From NCBI GenBank assembly GCA_963735595.1, contig CAVTLK010000005.1:832001-896000 (forward strand): 64,000 nt of DNA. Direction: 5' to 3'. The notes under the pieces are model-generated. The model searched no databases. It was not told where the DNA came from and saw only the letters and a list, made by a program, of their open reading frames with translations. The stretch is from an uncultured delta proteobacterium (GTDB lineage Bacteria; Desulfobacterota; Zymogenia; Zymogenales; Zymogenaceae). This document shows, piece after piece, positions 43,367 through 52,755 of this stretch (positions are counted from its first letter, which is position 1; each line of letters begins with the position of its first letter). A program made the translations under genes and the position numbers.

Positions 43367-44073
43367 CTACCGCCACGCGCCCCTTCCACCGTACTCCGTC
43401 GTCACCACCGCCCGGTCCTTCGTGAGGACGCGCGCCAGGAACCCCCCGGCGATCCCCACGACGAAGCCCCCCACGTGCGCCCAGAAGGCAACACCGCCGC
43501 TCTCGGCGGCGCCGATGGAGGCCACGCCCGAGAATATCTGCAGCACGAACCAGAAGCCGAGAAAGACAATCGCCGGGATGTCCATGATGCGGATAAATAC
43601 AGAAGGAACACCACCGACCTGACCCGCGCCTTGGGATAGAGCACGAAGTATGCCCCCATCACGCCCGCGATCGCGCCGGATGCCCCCACCGTCGGCACCA
43701 TCGAGGAGGGGTCGGTGGCCAGGTGAAGGAGGGACGCGCCGACGCCGGAGGCCAGGTAAAAGAAGAGGAACAGCACGTGGCCCATCCGGTCCTCGACGTT
43801 GTTGCCGAATATATAAAGGTAGAGCATGTTGCCGCCGATGTGCAGCCATCCGGCGTGCATGAACATCGAGGTGAGAAAGGGGACGATCTCATAGCGGGGC
43901 CCGTAGGTCCCCGCCGTGACGTAGGCCGGCACCATCCCGAACTGGTAGAAGACCTGTTCGAGGTTGGCGCCCTCCAGCAGCTCGAAGATAAAGACGATCA
44001 CGTTGATCCCGATGAGGCCCCAGGTGACGACGGGCAGGCGGTATGACTTGATGTTGTCTTTAAACGGCAGCAT
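43367..44073 (-). CDS. Rhomboid family intramembrane serine protease (frameshift near 43600)
   Basis: SMFMHAGWLHIGGNM, GASGAIAG, AHVGGF. Confidence 0.92.
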
Positions 44074-44130
44074 GGCGGTTCCCTCCTGTGCCGTTTAGTA
44101 TATATGAATCCGCGGCATCGGTAAAGGGGG

Positions 44131-44162
44131 AAAAGAGACGGCGCGGGATTGTTCCCGCGCCG
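44131..44162 (-). terminator. Intrinsic terminator
   Basis: CGGCGCGGGA-N4-TCCCGCGCCG followed by TCTCTTTT on the minus strand. Confidence 0.65.
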
Positions 44163-44196
44163 AATGCTCAGAAAAAACGTATGGGGTGGCCCAGTT

Positions 44197-45123
44197 TCAT
44201 CGCGTCATGAGGCCGCAAGCCGTCCCGGGCGAAATCAGCTTTGTCGCCCGTCCACTCGAGTCGACCTCTTCGATAAGCCATTCGGCGTAACTCGTTTTTG
44301 TCGGGTCAGTGTACCATCTCACCCGCTTGCCGTCGAATATTTGCCCGTCATATACGCTGTTCTGTACGGTACTTTTAATCGTAACGGTAATCATGGTACC
44401 GTTTTGCTTGATGCTGCACTGTATGTGACTGCACGACTTATCCTTCTTGTTGAACCATTTTCCGCTGATGTCAATGGGCTTGATCTCTAAATCCTTTCTG
44501 GGCTGGTTTGCCTCGATGCGTTTCCCTTTATATTCGACCCGGAGTGGGCCGGACGTGACATTCATGGGGAGCTCTACCACGACGTTGTAATTGCTCGTGT
44601 ATTTCGTAATGGGCAGCACCGCCCCGTTGTGCCAGATCTTTACGTCGTGCGCAACGGGCTCTTTGAAGTTCAGCCACACCTCGCCTCCCGGCCACGCCGG
44701 GTTGGGGCCGAAGTTATATTGGAGTTCGCTCGTGGTGCCGCCGCCCGGTGCCGTTCCCGTTCCCGGCCCGGTGCCCGTTCCTGTCCCTCCGCCCGGCGCG
44801 GGGCGCCGGAAGACAACGCCGTTGCTCCAGCTGATCTCGATGGCCGCACCCGACGGGTTGGTGACGATCATACCGGTGGCAAACCCGAAGGGCCAGCCGG
44901 CCGAGCAATCCTTGCCGTTGATGGTCCCGACGCCGATCTCGCCGGTCGCCGGCACCTTCCAGTTGAAGGCGGTCCCGACCTGGGTGATATCGTACTCGAC
45001 GCCGTTGCTCCCCCACCAGTGGCCGGTAATATCCATGCCGGCGGCAACGGCCGGGCCGCCGATGACCAGGAGGGCGGCCAGGATTGCCGCAAAGACGGTG
45101 GTAGATACAATACTCCTTTTCAT
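44197..45123 (-). CDS. Secreted multidomain hypothetical protein with Gly/Thr/Pro linker
   Basis: Signal peptide; DITGHW and DISGKW domain starts; GGGTGTGTGPGTGTAPGGG linker. Confidence 0.7.
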   Translation of the reverse strand: MKRSIVSTTVFAAILAALLVIGGPAVAAGMDITGHWWGSNGVEYDITQVGTAFNWKVPATGEIGVGTINGKDCSAGWPFGFATGMIVTNPSGAAIEISWSNGVVFRRPAPGGGTGTGTGPGTGTAPGGGTTSELQYNFGPNPAWPGGEVWLNFKEPVAHDVKIWHNGAVLPITKYTSNYNVVVELPMNVTSGPLRVEYKGKRIEANQPRKDLEIKPIDISGKWFNKKDKSCSHIQCSIKQNGTMITVTIKSTVQNSVYDGQIFDGKRVRWYTDPTKTSYAEWLIEEVDSSGRATKLISPGTACGLMTR

Positions 45124-45417
45124 ACCATTGCCTCACAATAGTAATACAAAAAATTAAGCATCTTTTTCATTTATAGCAGAAATATCAGCATGGGTGCACT
45201 ATTTCCGTGACTGTTCTCACATTATTGTGAATATTGGTGAGTATTTGTTAAATTCACATCATAGCGCTGTGGGGCAGGTCGTTATTAGGCGGCGTCAGAA
45301 CGTGGCGCTTACGCGGGGGTGTTCTCGTTGTGGTGGACGACTATCTGTGATAGCATGAACGTGTCCCATTAGATGCGGAGGCTGCCGTGCCTTCGGGCCG
45401 GCTGAGGGAGACGACGG

Positions 45418-46005
45418 ATGAACCCGATAACCCATTTCTTCGCCGGGTGGCTGGCCGCCAATACGGCAGACCTCGGCCGGCGCGACCGCGCGATCGTGAC
45501 GGCGGCCTCCGTCATCCCGGATCTCGACGGCCTGGGTCTCCTGGCCGACCTCGTCTCGGGAGACACCGCGGCCGGGTACTACTGGTACACCCGCTTCCAC
45601 CACGTGCTGGGCCATAACCTCGTCTTCGGCCTGGCGGTTACCGCGGCCGCATACGCCGCCGCCCGGCGGAGATACGTGACGGCGCTGCTTTCGCTGGCCG
45701 CCTTTCACCTGCACCTGCTTGGTGACCTCGTCGGCTCAAAAGGGCCGGGAGACTCCTTCTGGACCATCCCCTATCTCTGGCCGTTCTCGGAGCGGGAGTG
45801 GCTCTGGGAAGGCCAATGGATGCTCAACGCGTGGCCCAATATCGCCGTCACGGCGGTCCTCCTTGCGCTGACGCTCTATCTTGCCTGGCGGCGGGGGTTT
45901 TCGCCGGTCGGCCTTTTTTCCGAACGGGCGGACCGGACGTTCGTAGCGGCGCTGCGCACCCGATTCGGAAAGCCTGGCAAGTCCGCCACTCCTCCCGAAA
46001 GGTAG
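45418..46005 (+). CDS. Metal-dependent hydrolase, inner membrane (YdjM/DUF457-like)
   Basis: MNPITH, IPDLD, HHVLGHN, HLLGD, YLWPFS. Confidence 0.82.
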   Translation: MNPITHFFAGWLAANTADLGRRDRAIVTAASVIPDLDGLGLLADLVSGDTAAGYYWYTRFHHVLGHNLVFGLAVTAAAYAAARRRYVTALLSLAAFHLHLLGDLVGSKGPGDSFWTIPYLWPFSEREWLWEGQWMLNAWPNIAVTAVLLALTLYLAWRRGFSPVGLFSERADRTFVAALRTRFGKPGKSATPPER

Positions 46006-46296
46006 CACCCGTCTCTCAATCCGGGCCGCTTTCATGACCAGCCAAATAAAATCCACAAATGTCTGAAAAAGCTGAACGTTTTATGAAGGTGACAGTTGAT
46101 ATATTGTATATTTAATTGTTTTAGTATTTTAAGTACTATACTATTCGGGCGTAGAGTACTAATTCGAATTGCCGGGTATGCCCCCGGAGAGAGCGGTCCG
46201 TGCCGCGGGTAATACCGATGTTCGGGCATCGGCCGCCCGGTCGATCCTTGTTGGTTCGGGAAACTATCCTCATAACACTTCTATACGGAGGCGGGA

Positions 46297-46995
46297 ATGC
46301 ACATCGGCGAGAGACTGGACTTACACATGGACCCTAATCGTATGGTCCCCAACGCGTATCTCTATCAGGCTCTTGCCGCGTCACGGGAACTCCTGGGCAA
46401 CGACGGCTTTGCCGCCGTGATAAAGAGGGCGGGTGTGATCCTGCCGGTAATGGGGCAGTATCTCGACGAAAATAGCTGGCCCCCGGCGGACATGGAGCTT
46501 ACAACGCCGGCCCGGCATTTTTCCGCGATCTTCCAGGCGATCGAGGAGGTCGGCGGCGGACGCGCCCAGATGGTCAATATCGGTATCAGGACCGCCCAGA
46601 TGGGCTTTGAGGGCCTGGGGCCGGCGATGAAGGCGACGCTGTCGGTCCTCAAGAAACTCCCCGGTTTCCAATGGCGGGCCGAAACGGTCCTCAAGGCGAT
46701 GGCCGATGACCTGCTGGACGCGAGCCCGGGCGACCGGGAAAGGCAGGCTATCCGTGTCGTGACCGATAAGGAGAAAGGGGCGATCCTCTTCATCGACCGA
46801 ACGGGCGATTCGTGCCATGGGAGGAACGGGGTGCACACCCCGGTATGCCACGTATACCGCGGGGGGATCATCGGCGCGGTAAAGCTCGCCACCGGGAAAG
46901 TCGCCAGGGTCGTCGAAACGGCCTGCATGGCCGCGGGAGACAACGCCTGTGTTTTCGAGGTCGGCTTCGAAGCGGAAGAAACAGACAAGGCGTAA
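46297..46995 (+). CDS. Stand-alone V4R (4VR) domain protein
   Basis: C-terminal CHG...CHVYRG...ETACMAAGDNACVFEV. Confidence 0.8.
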   Translation: MHIGERLDLHMDPNRMVPNAYLYQALAASRELLGNDGFAAVIKRAGVILPVMGQYLDENSWPPADMELTTPARHFSAIFQAIEEVGGGRAQMVNIGIRTAQMGFEGLGPAMKATLSVLKKLPGFQWRAETVLKAMADDLLDASPGDRERQAIRVVTDKEKGAILFIDRTGDSCHGRNGVHTPVCHVYRGGIIGAVKLATGKVARVVETACMAAGDNACVFEVGFEAEETDKA

Positions 46996-47093
46996 GGCGA
47001 TAAAGAGAGACCGTCAGGCGTCAAGATCGGCTGCTGTGCGAATTTGAAACACTGGCGAACTGCCGATCAGATTAACTTACAACGGGGGATACG

Positions 47094-47816
47094 ATGTACG
47101 ACCGCTTGCACTTCCATCAGGATCCGAACAAGATGATACTGAACGTCTACCTTCACGGTGCCCTCCTGGCCTCAAAGGAGCTTCTCGGTGACAGCGGTTT
47201 CGCGGCAGTCATCAAGCGGGCGGAGACCTACGCCCCCGGGATGACGGCCTATCTCGACGAGCGAAACTGGCCCGCAGACGATCTAAAGTTCCAGTATCCC
47301 GCCCGGCACTACAGCGCCCTGTTCCAGGCGGTGGAAGAGGTGGGCGGCGGGAGGTCTCAGCTGGTGGCGATCGGCATCGTGACGAGCAAGTTGGGTTTCG
47401 AGGGTCTCGGGCCGTCGATGAAGGCGGCTCTGGCCGTAATGAAGAGGCTGCCGGGATACCGATGGCGGGTCGAGACGATCCTTTCGGGAATGGTCCAGGA
47501 TATGCTCAATGCCGCGCCGGAGGAGAAGCGGCTCAAAGCGATCTCACTTGAGACCGATGAGGCCCGCAGGGTATTCCGCTACGTCGATCGGAGCGGCGAC
47601 ATCTGCCACGGCAGAAACGGCGCCACGGCCCCGATTTGCCACGTCTATCGGGGAGGGTTCATCGGCGCGATAAATGGCGTTACCGGCCGTGTTCCCCACG
47701 TCCTGGAGGTGATGTGCATGGCGGCCGGGGACCCTGCCTGTGTCTTCGAAATCGATTTTGAGCCGGAGGGTGGGGGTGACGAATTGAGAGAAGGCGGAGT
47801 AGAAAATCGTGAATAG
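47094..47816 (+). CDS. Stand-alone V4R (4VR) domain protein, tandem paralog
   Basis: CHG...CHVYRG...EVMCMAAGDPACVFEI; colinear with the upstream gene. Confidence 0.8.
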   Translation: MYDRLHFHQDPNKMILNVYLHGALLASKELLGDSGFAAVIKRAETYAPGMTAYLDERNWPADDLKFQYPARHYSALFQAVEEVGGGRSQLVAIGIVTSKLGFEGLGPSMKAALAVMKRLPGYRWRVETILSGMVQDMLNAAPEEKRLKAISLETDEARRVFRYVDRSGDICHGRNGATAPICHVYRGGFIGAINGVTGRVPHVLEVMCMAAGDPACVFEIDFEPEGGGDELREGGVENRE

Positions 47817-47873
47817 ATTCCCGGAAGCGAAGCCCGACCGCTCCCCCGTCTCACGCCACAATCAAAGCACGCC

Positions 47874-47903
47874 AAAAAAAGGGAGGGAAATCAATTCCCT
47901 CCC
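47874..47903 (-). terminator. Intrinsic terminator of the NuoEFG-like / glutamate-synthase-family operon
   Basis: GGGAGGGAA-N5-TTCCCTCCC with T7 tail on the minus strand. Confidence 0.8.
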
Positions 47904-47928
47904 TTCAAGTCCGTAGATTTTTGATCGG

Positions 47929-49506
47929 CTATCCGAAGATCTTATCTACCTCTTTTGCGTCGATATCGCTCACCAGCGGGATGCCGCTGACCCGGGACGC
48001 CTCCGGGGTGAGCGCGGCGATGTCGTTGGTGGTGATGCGGTCGATGGCAAACTTGCGCGAGCCGGCCATGAACTGGCGCAGGCCCTGGGCGAGCCGCTCG
48101 TAATAGGTGTAGAGGCCCATGGCGCCGGTCGGTATCCGGTCGTAGTCCTTCCCGAATTTTCTCTTCAGCCCCTCGGCGGTCACGAAGACCGATTCCACGT
48201 CCTTGCCGAACCGCTCGATAAAGACGGGGGCGTCGCCGCTGTTGATCGCGTTTCCGATCGTCTTTCCCACCATGGCGGCCGCCAGCGGCGCCCGTGACAT
48301 GGCGATGGCCTTGCAGTAGGGAGCGGCGAGCGATAACCCTTTGAACATCTGGTCTTCGAGGATGAACCCGCCGGCCAGCGCGATATCAGGCACATGCTGC
48401 CCTTTCTTTGCCAGGCGGTCGCAGTAGTCCCTGGTGAGCGCCCAGAGCTCGATGGTCGGGACGCCCCATTCGTTCATCATGCGCCAGGGGCTCATGCCGG
48501 TTCCGCCGCCGGCCCCGTCAACCGTCAGGTAGTCAATCTTTGCGATGGATGAGAACTTGACCGCCCGGGCAAGGTCCACCGGCCGGTAGGCGCCGGTCTT
48601 GAGCGACACGAACTTGGCGCCGGCCTTGCGAAGCTCTTCCACGCGCGCCACGAAGCTCTCCTCGTCCACCATGCCGACCCGGGAGTGCCGCTCGAACTCC
48701 GTGAATATGCCCTTCTTGAATTCCTCGATCACGGCGGGATCGAGCGGGTCGGGCAGGACGATGTAGCCCCTCTTGGCGAGGAGCTGGGCCTTCTCGAGGC
48801 TCTTGATCTTCACCTCGCCGCCGATGTCTTTTGCGCCCTGTCCCCATTTGAGCTCAACGGCGTCCACACCGAGCTTTTCTATCGCGTACTCCTGAATCTT
48901 CAGGCGGGTGTCCTCGACGTTGGCCTGTACGACGACGGCGCCGTAGCCCTTTTCCTGCCAGTCCTTGAAGAGCTTGACGCGCCGTTTTAGCTCCGGAGAA
49001 TCAACCACCCTCCCGTTTTCGATCTTCGATTCGACGTCCATCCCGCAGACGTTCTCGCCGATGGTCAGAACCGTCCCGGTTATCGCCGAGCCGATGGCAA
49101 GCCCCTCCCAGTTGATCCCGGCGACGTTCGTCGACCCGAGGCCGCCGATAACGATCGGCAGCCGGAGTTTTATACCGCCGTTATTGCCGAGCTTCGTCTC
49201 GAGGCTGACGTTCGGGAAGATCGCCTTGTCCGAATCGGCCTCTATCCCGACGGCCCCTACGGCGGTTCCCATGATGGAAAAGTGGGAAAGGTCGATGGGG
49301 TAATCCTTCTGTGAGGCCATCGTGGAGATCCCGAAGGGCTGCGGGTAGATGACCTCGTGCCCCCGGTAGGCGCTCTTGCCGATCTCGCACATTCCGATGC
49401 AGCCGTCAACGCAGGTTACGCACATACCGCTGATGGGAGACCAGTCCCCTGCCGTCCTGTTCTTTGTGAGGGTCGCGGCCGTCGCATTATATCTCGTTAG
49501 TGTCAT
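47929..49506 (-). CDS. Stand-alone FMN-binding glutamate synthase family protein
   Basis: ELKWGQGAK, SLKTG, TVDGAGGGTGMSP, LAGG; N-terminal CVTCVDGCIGMC. Confidence 0.88.
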   Translation of the reverse strand: MTLTRYNATAATLTKNRTAGDWSPISGMCVTCVDGCIGMCEIGKSAYRGHEVIYPQPFGISTMASQKDYPIDLSHFSIMGTAVGAVGIEADSDKAIFPNVSLETKLGNNGGIKLRLPIVIGGLGSTNVAGINWEGLAIGSAITGTVLTIGENVCGMDVESKIENGRVVDSPELKRRVKLFKDWQEKGYGAVVVQANVEDTRLKIQEYAIEKLGVDAVELKWGQGAKDIGGEVKIKSLEKAQLLAKRGYIVLPDPLDPAVIEEFKKGIFTEFERHSRVGMVDEESFVARVEELRKAGAKFVSLKTGAYRPVDLARAVKFSSIAKIDYLTVDGAGGGTGMSPWRMMNEWGVPTIELWALTRDYCDRLAKKGQHVPDIALAGGFILEDQMFKGLSLAAPYCKAIAMSRAPLAAAMVGKTIGNAINSGDAPVFIERFGKDVESVFVTAEGLKRKFGKDYDRIPTGAMGLYTYYERLAQGLRQFMAGSRKFAIDRITTNDIAALTPEASRVSGIPLVSDIDAKEVDKIFG

Positions 49507-49557
49507 TCTTCACTCCTCTTCTCGTATCGGTTTGTCTATGTATTTAAATTAGTTCCG

Positions 49558-50223
49558 CTAATATGCCCGGTGCCCTTTGGCGGTCACGCTCTCCGAGCAG
49601 TGTACGCAGATCTCGCAGGTCTCCACGTGAACCAGGTTCTGGCATCCCCCGCAGAGGCCGTCCTTGAGGTTTCCCGCGGTACAGGCCCGCTCGCACACGG
49701 GGCAGATCCACTCGCAACCCCCGCAGTTACGGCATTCCTGGGGTGTGACCCCGAAGGCAGTGCCGACCTTCCGTGACGTGCCGCGCCCCACGAAGCCGAT
49801 GCCGCCCGACTGCATCTGTTCCTTACAGAAACGGACGCACTGCCCGCACAGGATGCAGTTCTTATCCTTTATCGTAAAGCGGATCTTATTGACGCCGTAG
49901 TTGGCGGCCAGGTCCTGCAGTGTCTTGGAGGTAGGGCAGGTCGAGACGAGCAGCTCGATGAGGACCTTCCTGGCCTTTCTTACCCGTTCGGAATTCGTGA
50001 GGATCTCCATACCCTCTGAGGCCGGCAGCGCGCAGGAGGCCTCGAGCGTCGAGCGGCTGCCTTTTTTCATCTCGACGACGCACACCCGGCATGCCCCGTA
50101 GGGCGTGAGGCCGGGATTGTGGCAGAGAGTGGGTATTGCGATCCCGAGGTTCCGCGCGGCCTCCAGCACCGTCGTCCCTCCGGCAACTTCGGTTGGAATC
50201 CCGTCTATGCTTAGTTTAGGCAT
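49558..50223 (-). CDS. Short NuoG/HydA-N-terminal-like Fe-S protein ([2Fe-2S] + 2x[4Fe-4S] + Cys-rich tail)
   Basis: IPTLC...GACRVC...ASC; CILCGQCVRFC; CRNCGGCEWICP; no H-cluster or Mo/W domain. Confidence 0.88.
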   Translation of the reverse strand: MPKLSIDGIPTEVAGGTTVLEAARNLGIAIPTLCHNPGLTPYGACRVCVVEMKKGSRSTLEASCALPASEGMEILTNSERVRKARKVLIELLVSTCPTSKTLQDLAANYGVNKIRFTIKDKNCILCGQCVRFCKEQMQSGGIGFVGRGTSRKVGTAFGVTPQECRNCGGCEWICPVCERACTAGNLKDGLCGGCQNLVHVETCEICVHCSESVTAKGHRAY

Positions 50224-50236
50224 TGTCTATCCTTTT

Positions 50237-52099
50237 TTATGCAACGATGACCGCATCGAATTTACAGTTTTCCCGGCAGAGGCCGCATTTAATGCACGCG
50301 CTTTGATCGACCACGTGAACTTCCTTCTTTTTACCGGTGATCGCCTTTTCGGGGCAGTTCTTGGCGCACACCATGCAGCCGGTGCATTTTTCTTTGTCGA
50401 TCGTGTAGGTGATGAGGGCCTTGCAGACCCCCGCCGGGCAGCGATGCTGCCCGATATGCGCCTCGTACTCGTCCCGGAAATACCGTATGGTAGAGAGAAC
50501 CGGGTTTCCGGCGGTGCCCCCCAGGGCACACAGGGACGTTTCCTTGATGACGTCGGCCAGCTCCTCCAGGAGCTCGATATCGCCGCTCTTTCCGTTTCCC
50601 CCGGTGATGCCGGCGAGGATGTCGTTCATCCGGTCAAGACCCTCCCTGCAGGGGAGGCACTTGCCGCACGACTCCTCGGTGAGGAAGTTCACAAAGTATT
50701 TAGCCGTATCCACCATACAGGTGGATTCGTCCATAACGATCATGCCGCCCGAGCCCATCATCGAGCCGACGCGGGAGAGCTCGTCGAAATCGACGGGCAG
50801 ATCGAGAAGGTTTTCGGGAATACACCCTCCCGACGGCCCCCCGGTCTGGACGGCCTTGAACTTCTTGCCGTTCAAGAGGCCGCCGCCGATATCGTAGATA
50901 ATCTCACGCAGCGTAATGCCCATCGGCACCTCAACGAGGCCGGTATTCCTGATCTTGCCGACCAGCGAGAATATCTTGGTGCCCTTGCTGCCGGCGGTGC
51001 CAATATCCGCGTACCATCCCGCCCCCTTGTTGATGATCAGCGGGACGTTAGCCCACGTCTCGACGTTGTTGAGGTTGGAGGGCTTATTGTGGAGCCCCTT
51101 GACGACGGTATGGATATGTTTCTGGCGGGGCTCCCCGATCTTTCCCTCCAGGGAGGCCATGAGGGCGGTGGATTCTCCGCAGACGAACGCCCCTCCGCCC
51201 CTGGCGATCACGACGTCGAAGTCGAAGCCGGAGCCGAGTATATCGGCTCCGAGCAGGCCGTATCCCCGCGCCTGATCGAGGGCAACGCGCAGGTTCTTGA
51301 CGGCCAGGGGATATTCGTGCCGCACGTAGACGTAGCCGTGCGCGCTGCCGATGGCGTACGCCCCGATGATCATGCCTTCCAGAACGCTGTGCGGGTTTCC
51401 CTCCAAGAGGCTCCTGTCCATATAGGCGCCGGGGTCCCCCTCGTCGGCGTTGCAGATGACGTAGCGGGTCCCGTTTGACGTTGGGGCATTGCGGCATGAC
51501 TCCCACTTGTCGCCCGTCGGGAAGCCTCCCCCGCCGCGGCCCCGCAGGCCCGATTCCTTTATCTCCCGGATGACCTGCTCCGGCTTCATCTCGAACAGGG
51601 CCGTGGGGAGGGCGGAATACCCGCCCAACGCGATGTAATCTTCGATACTGGTAGGATCCAGGAGGCCGTTGCTGCCGAATATGAGCCGCCGCTGTTTCTT
51701 GTAAAACGGTACGTCGTGTTCGTGCTGCACGGTTTGTCCCGAGTCCGAATCGGAATAGAGGAGACGATCGATAACGACTCCTTTACCGATGGTCTCCGTG
51801 AGTATTTCGGCAACGTCCTGTGGATTTACCCGGGTGTAGAATGTTTCCTGGGGGTGTATGGTGACAAGCGTCCCGTATTCACATAGACCGTGGCAGCCGG
51901 TGAGTTTCAGTCCGACCCGGTCGGCCATCTTCAGGCGGTCGATTTCATCGAGAAATGCGGCATGAACGAGTTCGCACCCGCACCCATGACAGCCCGTTCC
52001 GCCGCATACGCTTATCGTGGGTTTCTCTGACCGACTATCCTGCACGAGCTGTTTTTGCAGCCCTTTCAGGTCATCCGGTGATTGGAGCTTCTTTATCAT
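50237..52099 (-). CDS. NuoF/HydB-like NADH/FMN-binding subunit, long form
   Basis: N-terminal CGGTGC..GCHGLC, GLRGRGGGGFP, NADEGDPGAYMDR, GGPSGG, ESCGKCLPCREG, C-terminal 2x[4Fe-4S]. Confidence 0.93.
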   Translation of the reverse strand: MIKKLQSPDDLKGLQKQLVQDSRSEKPTISVCGGTGCHGCGCELVHAAFLDEIDRLKMADRVGLKLTGCHGLCEYGTLVTIHPQETFYTRVNPQDVAEILTETIGKGVVIDRLLYSDSDSGQTVQHEHDVPFYKKQRRLIFGSNGLLDPTSIEDYIALGGYSALPTALFEMKPEQVIREIKESGLRGRGGGGFPTGDKWESCRNAPTSNGTRYVICNADEGDPGAYMDRSLLEGNPHSVLEGMIIGAYAIGSAHGYVYVRHEYPLAVKNLRVALDQARGYGLLGADILGSGFDFDVVIARGGGAFVCGESTALMASLEGKIGEPRQKHIHTVVKGLHNKPSNLNNVETWANVPLIINKGAGWYADIGTAGSKGTKIFSLVGKIRNTGLVEVPMGITLREIIYDIGGGLLNGKKFKAVQTGGPSGGCIPENLLDLPVDFDELSRVGSMMGSGGMIVMDESTCMVDTAKYFVNFLTEESCGKCLPCREGLDRMNDILAGITGGNGKSGDIELLEELADVIKETSLCALGGTAGNPVLSTIRYFRDEYEAHIGQHRCPAGVCKALITYTIDKEKCTGCMVCAKNCPEKAITGKKKEVHVVDQSACIKCGLCRENCKFDAVIVA

Positions 52100-52611
52100 T
52101 TTGCGGACCTCGTCGCATCCTTCCTGTATTCGTCCAGGAGCTTCTTGATTTTTCCTGAGCTCATCTTCGCGTGATATCGTCCGTCCACGACGACCACCGG
52201 GCCGAGGGCGCAGGCCCCGAGGCAGTTGACGCTTTCCAGGGAAAACAGACCATCGGCGGTGGTACTACCGTTTCCAATTCCAAGTTGCCGCTCCATTTCC
52301 TCCAGCACCGACCTTCCGCCCCTCACGTGGCAGGCCGTCCCCAGGCACACGGTTACGGTGTGTTTACCCCGGGGGGTGAGGCTGAAGGCTTTGAAGAACG
52401 TCGCAACGCCGTATACCTGGATGAGGGAAAGGTTAAGCTTGCCCGCGACCTGCTTCAGGGCCGCCTCCGGCAGGTAACGATACTGGGCCTGGATATCCTG
52501 GAGTATCGCGATGAGGTTGTCCGGCGTTGCCTCGTAGTCGCCAATAACCCGCGTTACGAAATCCGCGGTCTGGCTTGCGTCATCTGCTCTGCTCATTAGG
52601 TTTTCCGCCAT
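52096..52611 (-). CDS. NuoE/HydC-like [2Fe-2S] subunit
   Basis: YGVATFF, CLGTACHVRG, CLGACALGP; overlaps the next gene by ATGA. Confidence 0.93.
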   Translation of the reverse strand: MAENLMSRADDASQTADFVTRVIGDYEATPDNLIAILQDIQAQYRYLPEAALKQVAGKLNLSLIQVYGVATFFKAFSLTPRGKHTVTVCLGTACHVRGGRSVLEEMERQLGIGNGSTTADGLFSLESVNCLGACALGPVVVVDGRYHAKMSSGKIKKLLDEYRKDATRSAK

Positions 52612-52755
52612 TTCGGTTTACTTATTTGAAGTGTTTTACGCGTATATCGAGCTTTGCGGTTCCTGCCTGCCGGTATATCCTATCAATTGACGATAATCAG
52701 ATTCGCGCGTGTCTGTAGAGATACCGTGCATGTCGGTCAATGGAGTTCTATGATC

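Noticed and set aside
44740..44800. CRISPR-like or DNA tandem repeat
   Set aside because: It is a short Gly-Thr/Pro coding linker within a CDS, with no repeat-spacer structure
49558..52611. Respiratory complex I or [FeFe]-hydrogenase operon
   Set aside because: No membrane nuo subunits; the NuoG/HydA-like protein is only 221 aa and lacks H-cluster motifs
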